DNA from: Cyanophora paradoxa CCMP329
Lineage: Eukaryota; Plantae; Glaucophyta
Assembly: GCA_004431415.1 (NCBI GenBank)
Contig: QPMI01000090.1
Location: 62,001 to 126,000, forward strand
Length of the DNA: 64,000 nucleotides
Direction of reading: 5' to 3'
Of the stretch, positions 35,501 to 48,700 are shown one piece after another. The position numbers and the translations under genes were made by a program. Under the pieces are notes generated by a model. That model did not search any database. It had not been told where the DNA came from and saw only the letters and a program-made list of their open reading frames with translations. Positions within the stretch are counted from its first letter, which is position 1. Each line of letters opens with the position of its first letter.

Positions 35501-36115
35501 ATCACAGTGGCGGCCCCGCTTGCCGTCATCCCTCGCTCCTATAATTGATGCATATGTTACGAATGAATTTAATGCAGGCAACTAATATAAGCACGGACGC
35601 GGGCCGGCGCCGCGCGGGCCGACCTGCAGGCTGAAGATGAGGAATGCGAACCAGAGCGACGCCGTCATGTCGTTCAGAATTGTGCCTGCGCTCTCGTGGT
35701 CAGATCTCGACGTCGATCATGACGACATGCATGAGCTTTCAACTTCGATCTAATCAACCGAGCAGCTCTAGATCTCATTTCCAATCAAATACTATGAATT
35801 GACCCAGTACGTGCACGACGACAAACCTGCTGCGTATCCGATGATCCTCGGGAGCGAGAAGTGGCCTCCGCGGCCGTGATCGTCATCGCGCGTGGCAGGC
35901 TTCGGGTGCGGCCTCAGAAGTGGGCTCTTCTCTGTTGCTGCAAAATCTGTAGTGATGGGTAGCTGCACGTTCTCTCTGCTCGGGCACGATATTGACACGA
36001 AGGGCGCGCCCTGCGTGTTCATGCTGGCTTTGGGATCTCTGGAGGTGTATCCATTCTCGCCGCTCCCTGCATGTACAGCTACCCGCGGCCGGGTCTCAAT
36101 CGTCTTGTTTGTCAT
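32514..36115 (-). CDS. MFS_2/MFSD12-like major facilitator transporter
   Basis: Exons IIGYAAG, ILNDMTASLWF, IADGFFTPFAGILSD, FGWASVQVAHM, RLRLNSMRFAFTVASNIAVF, ARLVVVLTQCFMPFFL, SAAFVYG and YGLLEKLSSG follow the MFSD12 motif order. Confidence 0.82.
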
Positions 36116-38090
36116 CCCCGCACACTGAAGCTTGGGCTTGAGAAGCTTAAAGCTTGCAACACTCGCTCGATGACGAGCTGGAAACTCACTCTTCAGCGAT
36201 CGGCCGCGGATCCGGATGGCTAGACTCTGCTGAGAGACGTATACGTATATGTGCGCATGCGCGCAGCGATCCGACCGCTCAGCTGTCGACCGTCGGACGT
36301 ACGCGTTTGCCGGCGCCTGCAGCTGTCCGCTCTGCAGCTCTAGCTAGATCGATGGCTAGTATACTTGCGATTGTCTAGACTCTAGTAGACCTAGCGCTAG
36401 CCCGGGCGGCGGCGAACGGGCCTAGACTCTGAGAGCTGCCGCGCTCCTCAGGGCCTACCGTACGTACTACGGTACTACGGTACACGCAGAATAACGCAAT
36501 GCTGCTGATCATGAGGTGCCTGCCCGGGGCCACATGTACAGTGTGGCCGAGGCTGTAGGCCTGTGTGGCCCAGAGGCTGTGCCACGGTGCACCGTGGCAC
36601 GTGCCACGGTGGGCCCAGGCTGTGGGCTTGTGGAGCCGCACTGCCAGGCTGCACAGCTGGCGCGTCAGAGTCACGGCGTGAGCCTGGCACTGATCGATGA
36701 GCGTCGGACCTTCGGTCCTCACTGACTCCTCAGGCCCGCGGCCCGAGGCCTTCAAAGGCTTCGAATTCGCCGAGAGTCGGCCCAGAGTCGGAGCACTGAG
36801 CCGCTGACTCACTGGACTTATCGATCGGATTCGATGAATTTCGATCCTCACGTACGCGTGCACGACTCGCAGGAGTCGCAGGCTCGCAGCACGCCTGGCA
36901 CGCGTACGAGGCTGCCGCTGACTCGCATCAATGATGACGGTGATCGCATGCAGCCTGGCACTGGCATGGGCTGGCAGCGATCGCGATCGGTACCGGTAAC
37001 GGTACCGGTCACATCGACGCGGCCGATCATCGGATCGATTTCGCGCGAAGGCGCCGTTATTGCATGAAGGCGCGTGACGTCGACGTCACGTGACGCTTTT
37101 TTTTAGTCGTGTTTTCTTTCTTGCGAATTGCCGAAGTTGCCAACTTGGCAAGTTGTGAAGTTGCAACTTGGCAAGTGTGCTGTACATGTAGCCTAGCGGC
37201 GCTAACGCTAGCAGCGCTAGCGCCGCGGCGCCGGTGCGGCCGCCGGGCGCCGGCAGCGCGCGGGCGCCGGCCGCGCGGCCTGACTCACTGAGTCAGTGAT
37301 GCGCTGCATCATGCGCATATGCATGCAGGATATAACCTGCAGCTATCCTGCGCATGCCGGCGCCGCGCTGAGCCTGCAGGCTGCAGCCTCTGATGCGCAT
37401 CTGCGGGGATCATAATTAAGTGCTGATCACTCGGATCATGATTCACGCAGCGCATGGCAAGTTGGCACCGCACGGGCATCATGCGGCGCATGCGCATATG
37501 CATACCGGGTACCAGCTGCAGCTGCAGGCGCCCGGCTTTTGGTAGCCGTCGTTGGCCGTGCCGGCCCTAGCTATCGACGGACCCGAGGTCTATATATATA
37601 GGCTCTAGCATAAGTTTGGCTACGGCAATTAATTAAAATTAGCTTTGAATTCAGTGCTAGTTTCACGATGATCAATTCATTGATTTTAACAAGCTCGAGT
37701 CAGCTTCAGTACCGATACTATACTGATGGTCGACGTCGATGTCCTGATCATGACCCGATATCGATGACCGAGCGATACTTCCGATTTCAAAGAAAGAAAT
37801 TAAATGGATCGAACTCGATCTACAGAGATCTTAGCTTTGTACAGGTCCAGGTTAGAATGCGAAAAAGAATGCGACGGCCCTTGAATCCTGGACACGCGTA
37901 CGTTGGGCCTCCTAAAATAGTACGAGTAAAAATGTGTACAGCTCTAGACATACCTCGAACAGAATCGATGTGCGATTCAGCGCACAGGATCATGATTTGC
38001 ACTATCCTAGGAATGAACGGGCTAGCTATAGGCGAAAAAGCGAGTGCTACATGTAGACAACTACCGATTGTCGGAGTTCAGAGAAGACAG

Positions 38091-41000
38091 CTACATCTGG
38101 GTCCCCAAGAACGCTGCTCGCGATCGGAGAAGCGACGGTGAGGGGCGAGAACGGTGGCGGCGGGGGCGGGAGAAGGGATGCGGGGGCACCGTAGTAGCAG
38201 ATGGGGACGGCGAGGACCTGCGCCCTCGTCGTCAGCCGAGCGTCCGGCGGGTCGCGATCGACGGCGCGCAGCGGTCGAGCACCATGCAGATGCACTGCAG
38301 GGGGAAGCCGAACTTGGTGTAGTCGAGGAAGCGGTAGCCGCCGGGCTTCTGCACCATCAGGTTCGTCTGCGGGGCGGGGCGCGTCAGCTGCCGGCAGGGC
38401 GGGGCTGGAGCTCGAGGGCGCGGGGGCGGGCCTGGTAGCCGATGGGGGTGGAGAAGTCGTGGGAGCCGGCGAGCATGAGGACGTAGACGATGGTCTTGAG
38501 GGCGACCTTCCCCTTGAGGATGTTGTACACGATCGGGAAGATGAGCGCCACGCACGCCTGGCCCGGCCCCGCGCACGCGCGTCAGGCGGGCGGCCCGGCC
38601 AGACGAGGGCGGGGGCGGCGGGGGCGGCGGGGCGGACGGCGTTGGTGATGACGGCGTTGAGGAGGACGGAGGCGATGTAGACGCCGAAGAGGAGGCCCAG
38701 CTCGGAGCCCTGCGCCCCGCCCCGGCCCCCGAGCCTCAGCTCGAGCCGGCGCGCCCCGGCGCGGGCGGGCGCGCCTTGAAGATGTCAACGACCGAGTCGG
38801 CGAAGGTGCGGGCGAGGAGGGAGCGCTCGAGGGCCGTCCCCACCCCGAACGCGCACGCTGCGCACGCGAGCGCGCCGCCGCGTCAGACGGGGCCCTCGCC
38901 CCGATCCCGCGGGGCGCGGGGCGGGGCGGCACCGATGCAGAGGAGGACGTCGGCGTTGATGTAGGAGAGGGCGCGCCGCGGCCGCACGACCTGCGCGGGG
39001 CGGGCGGGAGGTCAGCGCCAGGGCAGGGGCGGGGGCAGGGGCAGGGGCGGGGGCGGGGGCGGGGGCGGGGGCGGGGGCGGGGGCGCCTTGAAGGCCATCA
39101 TGAGGAAGGCGGCGACGAGGACGGTGTGCGTCAGCGACGGCTTGTTCTGCGCCCCCCGCACCCGTCAGGCGCGAGGCCCCGCGGACGCAAGGGGGCGGCG
39201 GGGCGCGCCTGGGCGGCGGTGGCGGTCCAGGCCTGGTACCAGAGGGCCGAGACCTCGTCCGAGACGGAGGGGAAGACGCTGCGCGCGGGGCCGCCGCGTC
39301 ACCCGCCGAGGCCGCGCGGGGCGGGGGCGCGCGGGGGCGGCGTGCGGACATCATGCCGATGGTGAGGAAGGCGGCGGCGGCCATCTTGAAGAAGGACGGG
39401 CGGTTGACGAAGCGCGCCGCGTCGTCCAGCTCCGTCACCTGGCCCCGGCTCAGCGAGGGGCGGCGCGGCGCCGGGCGGTCGGGGGCAGCGCACGACAGAG
39501 AACTCGGGGCGGTGGCGCTGCGCGTCGACGACGGCCGGCGGGCAGGCGACGAGCAGCCCGTCCCCGCCGAGGAGCGGCGTATCCGCCACGGGCGTCGTGA
39601 TCACCTGCTCCAGCCGCTGGATGCCCAGCACCAGGGCCCCCACCTGGCCGCCGCAGCCCGTCAGCCCGTGCCGCGCTCGGCGCTGGCGCGGAGCGGAGGG
39701 GAAGGCACCTCGGTACAAAGGCGGAGCTCGCGGGGGGTCTTGCCGGCGTACGGCGAGTTGGAGGCGACGGAGAAGTCCTGGGCGGGGGTGAGGCGGGGGC
39801 GCAAAGGGGCGCGCGCGGGAGCGAAGGGGCGCACGGCGAGGGTGAGGCCCTCGCTGCCCTTCTGCTTCAGCACGGTCTCCTCGAAGCGCGTGAGCTGCAT
39901 TCGCCTCGATCAGCGCGCGCAAGCCCGCCTCTCCACCGAAGCAAACGCGCTCGCACCCGCTCGCGGGCGACGGAGAGGCCGTCGGCCTTCATGAGCTCCT
40001 TGATGGCGTACTCGGGGCCCCTGCAGGAAACGGCGCGTCAGGGCGATGCGCCTCGACCCGACGCAGAGCGAGGCGGGCGGCGCACGTGTACTGGATCACG
40101 TCGCCGAGGGCGACGGTGGCGGCGCTGACGTCGAAGTCGCGCGCCGCGAAGGTGCGCCCGTCGCGCGCTGCCGGCGCGGCGGCGTGAGGCGACCGACGTG
40201 GACGGCGCGCGGGCGCGGCCGAGGCGGCTCCGGGCCACTCACAGATCCAGAGGATGGACGTGGCGGTCACGCTCTCGAGCCCGGACTCCTTGTACGACTT
40301 GCCGACGATCTTGGACCGCTTCGTGACCTGGCAGCGCGGCTTGCACTTAGACGAACCATCGAGAGCTGCGACGCGAGCAAGAAGGCGCTGACCTGCATGG
40401 TGACCTGGTACTTGCGGGTGCTCTTCTCCGCTTCAGCGTCCGCCACCGACTTCCTGCGTCCGAGGGCCGGTCGGCGGGCTGGCGCGCGTGCGCGTGCGCT
40501 CTCTTGGGCGGTGGAGGGGAGGGAGGGGGGACCTGTTGGGGAGGATGACGGGCCCGAGGGCGACGAGGTAGATGAGGCCGGCGATGGCGCAGGGGAGGCC
40601 GGCGATGCCGATCTCGAAGAGGTTGCCGAGGTTGAGCTTCGGCTCGCGCGCCTTGGCCAGGTTGTACGCGATCAGGTTGATCGACGTCCCGATGTACGAG
40701 CACGAGCCGCCCAGGATCGTCGCGAACTGCCGCCGCGCGAGCGGACTCAGCTGGAGAACGATGCCCATGGAGGCGCGAGGGGACTCGGGGGAGGGGCGCT
40801 CGCAGCGGCGCACGCTCATCGGCATCTGCAGGTACGACGGCGCAATCCCCGTCCGCTTGGAGTACCTGCCGAGGGGGGGGGAATCCTCAGAATGCACGCA
40901 AATATTCTGAAACTGTCTTGAGCGCACGATGAGATGATGGGGATCATCATGGCCACGATCGGCGTGTTGTTCTGGCACACGGGGCGGCGCCGTGAGCGCG

Positions 41001-42541
41001 CGCGAGCAAAGCCAACGGGGCGAGCGCTGGAGAGGCGGCTGGGCGCACGAGGAAGGTGCTGAGGAAGATGCAGGCGAGGCCGATGCGCAGGATCGCTATC
41101 CGCTTCGACTTGGGGTTCCCGAGCACCCTGCAGACACGGCGAAGTTATATTGAAATTGAGGCGAATTCAATGAAATTAGGGCTTCGCGCGCGAATGAATT
41201 ATTCAATCTGTGCTTCCGGAGTTCGGGCGCGGGGGCGCACCGGCGGAGGGCGTAGTCGAGGGCGCCGGTCTCCTCGATGCCGGCGGCGATGACGAAGAGC
41301 ACGCCGACCTGGCGGCGCGCGGCGGGGGCGGGGTCACGGCCCGCGGCGCGCGAGCGTGCCCCGCGGCGAGGGCGGACCTGGAAGACGCCGGCGTTGGAGA
41401 AGCCGGCGAGGGCGTCGGCCTGGGAGATGATGTCTGCGGGGCGCGCTCGGCGTCAGCGGCACGCAGCCGGCGGGGGCGGCGCGCGGGTCGCCGGCACCGA
41501 AGAGGAGGGCGGCGGTGAGGGCGGCGAGGAACGAGAGGCCGGCGGAGAAGTCCTTGACCAGCGCGAACATCAGCCTGCCGGCCCGGGGCGCGCTCAGCGC
41601 CCGCTCGAGGCTCCGACAGGGGTCGGCCGGGCCGGGGGGCCGCGGCCGCACATGCTCACCCGTACAGGATGACGAGCATCACGTGGCCCTTCCACTTCAG
41701 CTTGTCCTTCCAGACGGTGCTGCGGTGGCGCAGCTCATGGTCAGCAGGAGAACGGCGCAAGCGCAAGCTTGCGGTGCCGGCGAAAATAGAGCGGGCTGCG
41801 CACTTGGCCAGCGTCCCGAAGAAGATGGCGTAGCAAACCGTGGCGATCTGAGATGGGGTTGTGCGGTGAGATCGGGCTTGAGGCGCGCTGGTCCCGCCTG
41901 ATCACAGAGGGCCGGGCGCACGATGGCGATCTTGTGCTTCCTGAGGAAGGCGAGGAAGCCGTCGCGGGTGAAGAAGCGCGCGACGGCGGCCTTCTTCTCC
42001 GCGAAGAAGTCGCTCGCCTGCCGCGCCACGTGCCCGCCCTTCGAGGGCCGCTTGTTCACCAGGAACTCGCTCTCGAACGAGTTCTCCGAGGCCGGCGGTA
42101 TGGGAATGCTGCGCGCGGGGCGTGAGCGACAGCTGCAGTTCCGCGTCTACGGTGTACGCCGCGCCGGCCGTGCACGTGGCGCGCGCACCGCTCCGCGTAC
42201 GGCCGCTCGGGCGGGGTCAGCTCGCTCTCAAACTCGAATGTCTTGGTCTCTTGGCCGCTGCTCGTCGCGACGATAGGCGCCGAAGTCCAGCGGGACTGCC
42301 AGGAGTCGTGGTCCACTGCCGGTAGCGCTACGTGTGCCCTGCCATTGCCATCAGACGCGAGCGCACGAAAGCCGAGTGTGTGCACGAGTGCGCACCCTTC
42401 CTTCTTCCACTTAGATTCATCGATCACGCTCTGAAGCTCGGCGCGCCGCTGCTGGTCGGCCTCAAGGTCGAGAACTACTGCGGCCGGGGCCGTCGGCCGC
42501 GCGTCGGCGGCGGGCGCGCCGCTTGTCGATGCTGGAGCCAT
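38091..42541 (-). CDS. SLC13/CitMHS-family (SLT/SAC1-like) anion transporter with TrkA-C domains, probably a Na+/sulfate cotransporter
   Basis: LFVIAAGIEETGAL, NNTPIVAMMIP, FATILGGSCSYIGTSINL, TrkA-C-like SPYAGKT/ALVLGIQR/LLGGDGLLV, and QTNLMVQKPGGYRFLDYTKFGFPLQ; ends AFLGTQM*. Confidence 0.88.
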
Positions 42542-43103
42542 TGTGTTTGACAAACGACCCGCGGACCGCGGGCGCTGGCGATACTTAACGTGTTCGGCGC
42601 ACGCCGCGCTCCACTCAAGCTTTGATATCTATAGCTAGATACGACGATCAGCAAAGATCGGGCGCGGCGGTTGATACTGCGATCACAACCGCGGGCGGGG
42701 GTGGCCATGGCTCCGAGGCTCGTGCGTTTCCGGTTCTCGCGTTTCGCAGATGCCCGTACCCCCGGTTTCATGCGCTTTGACCGCAAGCGGTACAGGCCCC
42801 CGGGCCCACTGGGGCCACCCCGCTCACCCGCGCGCCGGCCGCGGAACCCTCAGCTGGGCCTCAGGCTCCCGGCCGCTGGCGCTCCCCGCAGTACTAGTGG
42901 GCCCCAACAGTGGCCCTGGCCCATGGTCACCGTGTGTGACTGTCAGCTGCAGTGTCTCAGTGTGTCTGCCACTGGGCCCCAGCGCTAGCTGCAGCACCAG
43001 CGCTATCATATCACTGGCTAGAGCTCCCTCAATATATGCATGATCGTGCACGCGCTCTTGATTTCACCGCCGTTTCGAATTCCGATCCTAGGTTCGTAGT
43101 TGG

Positions 43104-45279
43104 CTAGGGGAGAAGCAGGTGGGCGGGCCTGTGCGTCTGGAGCCACTCGTCCCCGTTGGCGTGCGGGTTCCAGACGCTCTGCAGGCTCCCAGGTGGGCCG
43201 GCGCCGGCGGGGCGGGGCGGGGCGGGGCGGGGCGGGCGGGGCGGGGCGGGGCGGGGCGGCGGCTGGGGCGGGGCGGACCTTGAGGGAGGAGCGCTCGACG
43301 CCGCGGCCGAGCAGGAAGTCCTCCACCTGCGGGGGGCCTCGCCGGCGCGCGCCGGGGCAGGAAGGGAGGGAGGGGCGGGAGGGCGGGAGGGCTCCGCGCC
43401 TTCTGGTGCCCTTCGAAGAGCGCCTTGTCGAAGCTGCGGCGGTGCGCATGCGGCGTCGGGCGGCGCGCGCGGTGGGGGGGGGGGGGGGGGGGGGGAAGGG
43501 GCGGGGCGGGGGCACCGCTGGCGCCAGTCGTAGTCGATCTTGTAGCGCGAGAGGCCGAACTTCGAGATAAGCTTGCCCTCCTTGTCCGTCTGCGCCGGCG
43601 GTTCGCCAGGGGAGCAGAGGCGAGGCAAGCGCGCGGCGCCAAGGGAGCGCCTGGCGGCGTCCGCTGCCTTGCGCCCCCGCGGGGGCCCGCACCTTGTGGG
43701 ACATGTTCTCGAACTCGACCCTCTCGAGGAAGAAGGAGCTCGAGACCTTGTCGTAAACCTGCGGGGTACAGCCGCCGCGTGTGAGTGGCCGGGGGGGGGG
43801 GGAAGTGTGTGTGTGTGGGAAGCGGGGCCGGGGGGGACGCAAGGCGCGCCTGCGCGAGCCAGGGATCCTGTCCCCAGTTCTGGAACGTGTTGTCGAAGAA
43901 GAGGCGACCTGGCGGGGTACCCCTCAGGTTGGATGGGGGGGAATAAGGCGGGGCCGGGCCGGGGTACCGAAAATCTGGAGGTGGACGCGGTGGACGAAGC
44001 AGACGACGAAGAAGCGCTCGAGCTCCTCGTAGTGGTACCTGTACCCCCATCGGGCAGCGCCCCGGGAGCGCGAGGGGTACAGACTCACTTGTCGTTCATA
44101 CCGACGACGCCTGCGCGCGAGGAATTAAGCGATGAGGTACGGGCCTCGTGGGGAGGGGTACGAGCGCGCCGAAGTTGGGGTACACGGGGTTGAGGAGGAT
44201 GGTGTCACGGAGGAGAGCGGGCCAGCCTGCCGGGGCGGGCGGCGGCGGTTCGAGCCGGAACGGGGGGCAGGGGGGACGGCGGCGGGGGTACCGGGTGTGA
44301 GGAACTTGGCGTCGTCGTTGACGGAGAAGAAGTACTCGCAGCCGGCCTGGCGCCGTGTGAAGCGTGGGGCCGGGGGCAGCGCGCAGGCGGGGGCTTCCTG
44401 GCGCACCTCGTAGGCGCTGCGGAACATGAGGTTGTAGATTGCCGTCAGGTTCCCCGGCGCGTTGTTCCGGAAACGGTACATCTGCGGAAGCGTCAGCGGC
44501 GGGGCCGGGGGCGGGGGCGGCCGCGGGGCCGGCGCGCCTCGAAGAGGATGGCGCGGCCGGCGATCTGGTCCTCGACGATGGCGCGCAGGTGGCCCCGCTG
44601 CTCGACGTCGTCGTACACCGCGTCCCCTGCGCGCCGCCGGCTCGGCGGCGGGCGCCGCGGCCGCGCGGCGCGGGAGGGGGCGCGCGCCCTCGTCGTATCC
44701 GAGCTGGACGATGTAGAAGAAGCCGTCGTCGTCGGACGTCGTCTCCAGCAGCGAGGGCAGCAGGTAATGCACGACCTGCAGCTCCGTTGCCGTCCTGATC
44801 TCCGTCTTGGCCGTCGTGCTCGGCACTGCGGGGCCCGCTGCGGATCAAATCGCGCCGGGAGCGGTCTGGACGGAAAGGCACGCACGCCCCAGCGCGATGC
44901 ACGTTCTCCCAGGCTCCTGCTTGTACGAAGAGGGACGGCTGATCAAGCCGTCGCCCTTGCCTCCCTGTGTGTCGACGTCGATGACATCTGCTGTCCCGCG
45001 CGCGGGGCCGAGCGTCTCCCGAGCCGTGCTCGCGGACTGCTCTATGACCTCAGGAACGCTGATTACTGGCTCTTGCTCCTGCTGGGGCTCCACGGGTGCC
45101 GCATCGTCCGCGGCGAACAGAAACTGCGCAGAGGCGACGTAGAGGCCGAACAGCAGCAATGCCGAGATGCATCCACGCAATATGGTTCCTTTCCGCTTGC
45201 GGAAGAGCGCGCGCAAGCGCCTCACGGCGGTGCGGACGCGCTTTATGGTGCTCATCCCCCCCGAGGCTGCCAGCGGCAC
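43104..45279 (-). CDS. Type II membrane GT-A-fold glycosyltransferase-like protein
   Basis: Basic tail plus TM (ILRGCISALLLFGLYVASA) and stem, then LLPSLLET, LGYDEGD, YNLMFRSAY, YFFSVNDD (DxD-like), FVHRVHLQIF, FQNWGQDPWL. Confidence 0.75.
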
Positions 45280-45831
45280 CGCCGACCAGCGCTATCGCGG
45301 TTGCAGGTCAAGCGTCTCTCGTGTTAGCTGGAGCGGGAGCTAGAGCTGCAGAAAGTTGGCTGGTTCACAAGGGGGTACGCGGTCGCGGTCGCGGTGCCGC
45401 CGCGACGTCGACCGCAAAAAACAGCGAGCGCTAGCGCTACCGCCGCTATAGCTGCGCGAGCTCGGTCGATATCAGCTGCCGCAGTCGTTGCCTGCGAGCT
45501 CGATCGACATCAGCTGTATGCGTACGCGTCGACGTCGCAGTCGCCGGCGCGCGCGACGTCGACGTCGACCGATCCCCGCGCGCGCCGGCCCGCGGCGCAC
45601 CCGTGCACCGTAGCATGCGCATGCGCTAGCTATAGCGCCAAGATCGATATCGATACCTAGATCTCCCCTCGTGCGACTCGGCGAGGGATTAATATTCGCC
45701 TTCGATCATGATCATTTGCACGATTTTCGAAAGTTCCCTCGAGCGCGTCTCTCATAATTAACCTTCTTCGCCTCTCGGAGCTCTAGATCTCGTCGAGGAG
45801 AGCGGCTGCATATACACGTAACTGGAGCGCG

Positions 45832-48700
45832 ATGGACTTCTTCCGCGACGACCGGGAGGCCAAGGCGCGCGAGATCCTCGGCGATCTCCACGGCATCGAT
45901 CGCATCGTCAAGCAGGCGCGCCCGGACGCGCCCGCGCAATGAGCTGAAACATTTTTCTCCCGTGCGCGGATCATGATCGCTGCAGCAGATCGTGAAGACG
46001 CAGGAGAAGGCGCTCGAGGACTGGGAGAAGGCCGAAATCGCGCTGGCCGAGGCTTGGGAGGAGAAACGGCCGCGGGCGCAGGGCACCGGCTCCGACCGCG
46101 CCGGCGACCGCAAGCCGGATGCGACGCTCCTCTCCGTCAGCATGTGGTCTGTAGATTTTTTTGAAGGCTGGAAGGGCTTCCTGTGCACGTGGCGGTCGTT
46201 TAAATTTCCTTGACGATTCGGACCGCGGTCGTTAATTCGGGCCCGGCCCCGCAGCGCGGACATGGACAAGGCGACGAAGGCCGTTCTGAAGGACGGCGAG
46301 AAAATTCGCTTCTGTGCGCATTCTCGAGCATCCGATCGCGATGACCCAAATTAAAAACGCTGTTGATTTGAGCTTGCTGTTATAATTAGCCGCACTTGCA
46401 CTGCGGCAGCCGGCGCCGTGCAAAATAATTGCAGCTGCAGCCAGCATTTTAATTTCGCGCGCATGTTAGATATCGATAAAAGATTGATGTTCGCTCATTC
46501 GAATTCTCATCAATATTTTCTCTTGTGCATACGTATACAGATTCCGTGCTCAAATATCTGGTGCGTCCGGTGCCTTCCAGCTGCAGGCCTAGGAGCTCGT
46601 AATCGTGCCGGCGCCCGTGCTAATTTTTACAAACAACTAAAATTCAACGACGGGGCAGGATTTGGTGCGGGACGCGGAAGGGAAGTACCGGCTGGTAAGC
46701 TGCCTCAGGCTCTCTAATGATCTAGATATGCGCTTTCGCGCTAGCGCTCTCCGGGGCGGCGTCTGAGCGGGGGGCGCGGGGCGGGGGCCGGGGCAGTACC
46801 ACCGGAAGGCGAGCCCCGTGGCGGTGGAGGAGGGCGCGGGGGGCCGCGGCGCCGAGCTCTCCGAGCTCGTCGTCTTCAACGGCGACCTCCTCACGGCGCG
46901 CGCGCGTCTACTATATATTCGATTCCATGTTCGACCCGCTTTCGAAGGGACTTGCGCTGACCGAGGGGGCAGGTGGACGACCGGACGGGGATTGTGTACG
47001 CGGTGCAGGACCCGCTCGGGTCCGGGGCGGGGGCCGGGCACGTCCACGGGAGCCTCGTGAAGCGGGCGGAGCTCGGCACCGCCGCCGGCGAGCTCGAGGG
47101 GGCCCACGGGCACGGGCACGGGCGCCCCTTCAAGGCCGAGTGGGCCCTCGTCAAGGACGGCCGCCTCTTCGTCGGGTTCGAATTTACTCTCGGCCCGTTT
47201 AAGCATCTGAATAATCTAAATCTGGAGCTGAGGAGGGACCCGACCCGGGGCGGGGCGCGGCGACCGGTACCAGGTCCCACGGCAACCTGCAGAAGAAGCG
47301 ATCCCTTTTCGTCAAGGTCCGTCTGCGCTGCGCATAAACTTTTGAAATATGCGCGCCCTCAAAGAGAGTCCGACCCGCGCCCTCAGGTCGTCGAGGGGGA
47401 CTGGCGGGTGCGGACGGAGGACTGGACGGAGCGCTACACCAAGCTCGCCCAGGCGGCCGGCGTCCCTGCCGGCGTGCGCGCGACCGTCGTCCGGCCTGCA
47501 GCTGGCCCCGAGAGAAAGAAGTGTTGCAGTGTAATTGGCCGGTTCGTTCGCAGGGGTACTGCGTGTTCGAGGCGGCCGAGTGGCTCGAGGAGCAGCGGAA
47601 GTGGATATTCCTCCCGCGCCGCGTCGTCCGCGGTGCGCATGCGAGAATCGATATCTTTCTAAACGCACAAGCTCAAGCAGCTCGAAAATTTAAATTGAAA
47701 ATTTTCTCGTCGAAGTTGGAAATGCGCCTCATATCTAGATTTGATTTGCTGGGGGCGCAGAGGGGGCGACGGCGGAGGCGCTGCTGCCCTTCACGGGCTC
47801 GAACCTCCTCCTGGAGGCCGACGAGGACTTCGCCGCCGTCCGCCCCGCCCAGGCCCGGCCCCGCCCCGGCCCCCGGAGCCCGCGATAAAACCGGACGCGT
47901 ACGTACGCGACGGGACTCGCTTGAGCTTCGGCGGCATGCGCAGGTCCCGCTGGCCAACGAGCCCTCGCGCACCTTCTCGACCGTCAAGGCCGTCCCCGGG
48001 TTCGAATTCGCGGAGCCGGGCCCGGAGCCGCGCTCGATTGCAAATTAATTATTTTATTTGGTTGGAACCTTGCAGCGGGCTCGAGCACACGTTTTCCAAT
48101 TCTAGGTCGACCTCTCAATCTAAATCTAGATCTAACAGGTGCCGCAGCTTCCCTGGAGAGCTCCTGGCGCTCAAGACCGTCGAGGCGCGCCGCGCGCCCC
48201 GGCCCCGCCCCGGGGGGCCCGCCCTTTGATTTCTCTCAACCCGACTTTGACCTCCTGATCGCTCGACCTCGGCCAGTTCGACACGGAGTGCTCGACGTAC
48301 GTGGCGACCTTCGGGGCCGACGGGCGCCTCCTCCTCCCCGAGACCTTCGTCTGCGCCGCCAAGTTCGAGGGCGCGCCACGTGCCCGTGCACCCCGCCGCC
48401 GCGCGCGCCCCTCGCTCGAGCCCCGAGAGATAGCGGAGATCAAGAGTCGTGCGCCTGCACCTGGGTCGACCCCATCATGATCATAAGCTTCGGGGGGCGC
48501 AGGGCTCGCCGTGACCAAGTCCGAGGCGGTGGCGACGCGGGACGTCGAGCGTGCGAGCCCGATCGCGAGCCCAAGCTTGAGCTCGAGCCGGCGGCGCCGA
48601 GCACGAGCGCGAATCGCGTCGAGTTGATCAGCGAGCGCAGTACCTGCGAAACTGGAGGCGGCCGCCGCCGCCTCTCGCCGCAGCATCGACGACGCGACGA
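45832..48700 (+). CDS. Ca2+-activated apyrase/nucleotidase (CANT1/Cimex-type)
   Basis: ADMDK, RGAELSELVVFNG, DDRTGIVY, PFKAEWALVKDGRLFVG, DWTERY, GYCVFEA...WIFLPRR, LLALKTVE, KFEG. Both ends are uncertain. Confidence 0.85.

Noticed and set aside
37128-37176. GTTGCCAACTTGGCAAG motif (similar at ~1142) resembling an RFX X-box or a transposon end
   Set aside because: Spacing differs from the X-box, no partner TIR or target duplication was found, and it sits in generally palindrome-rich DNA.
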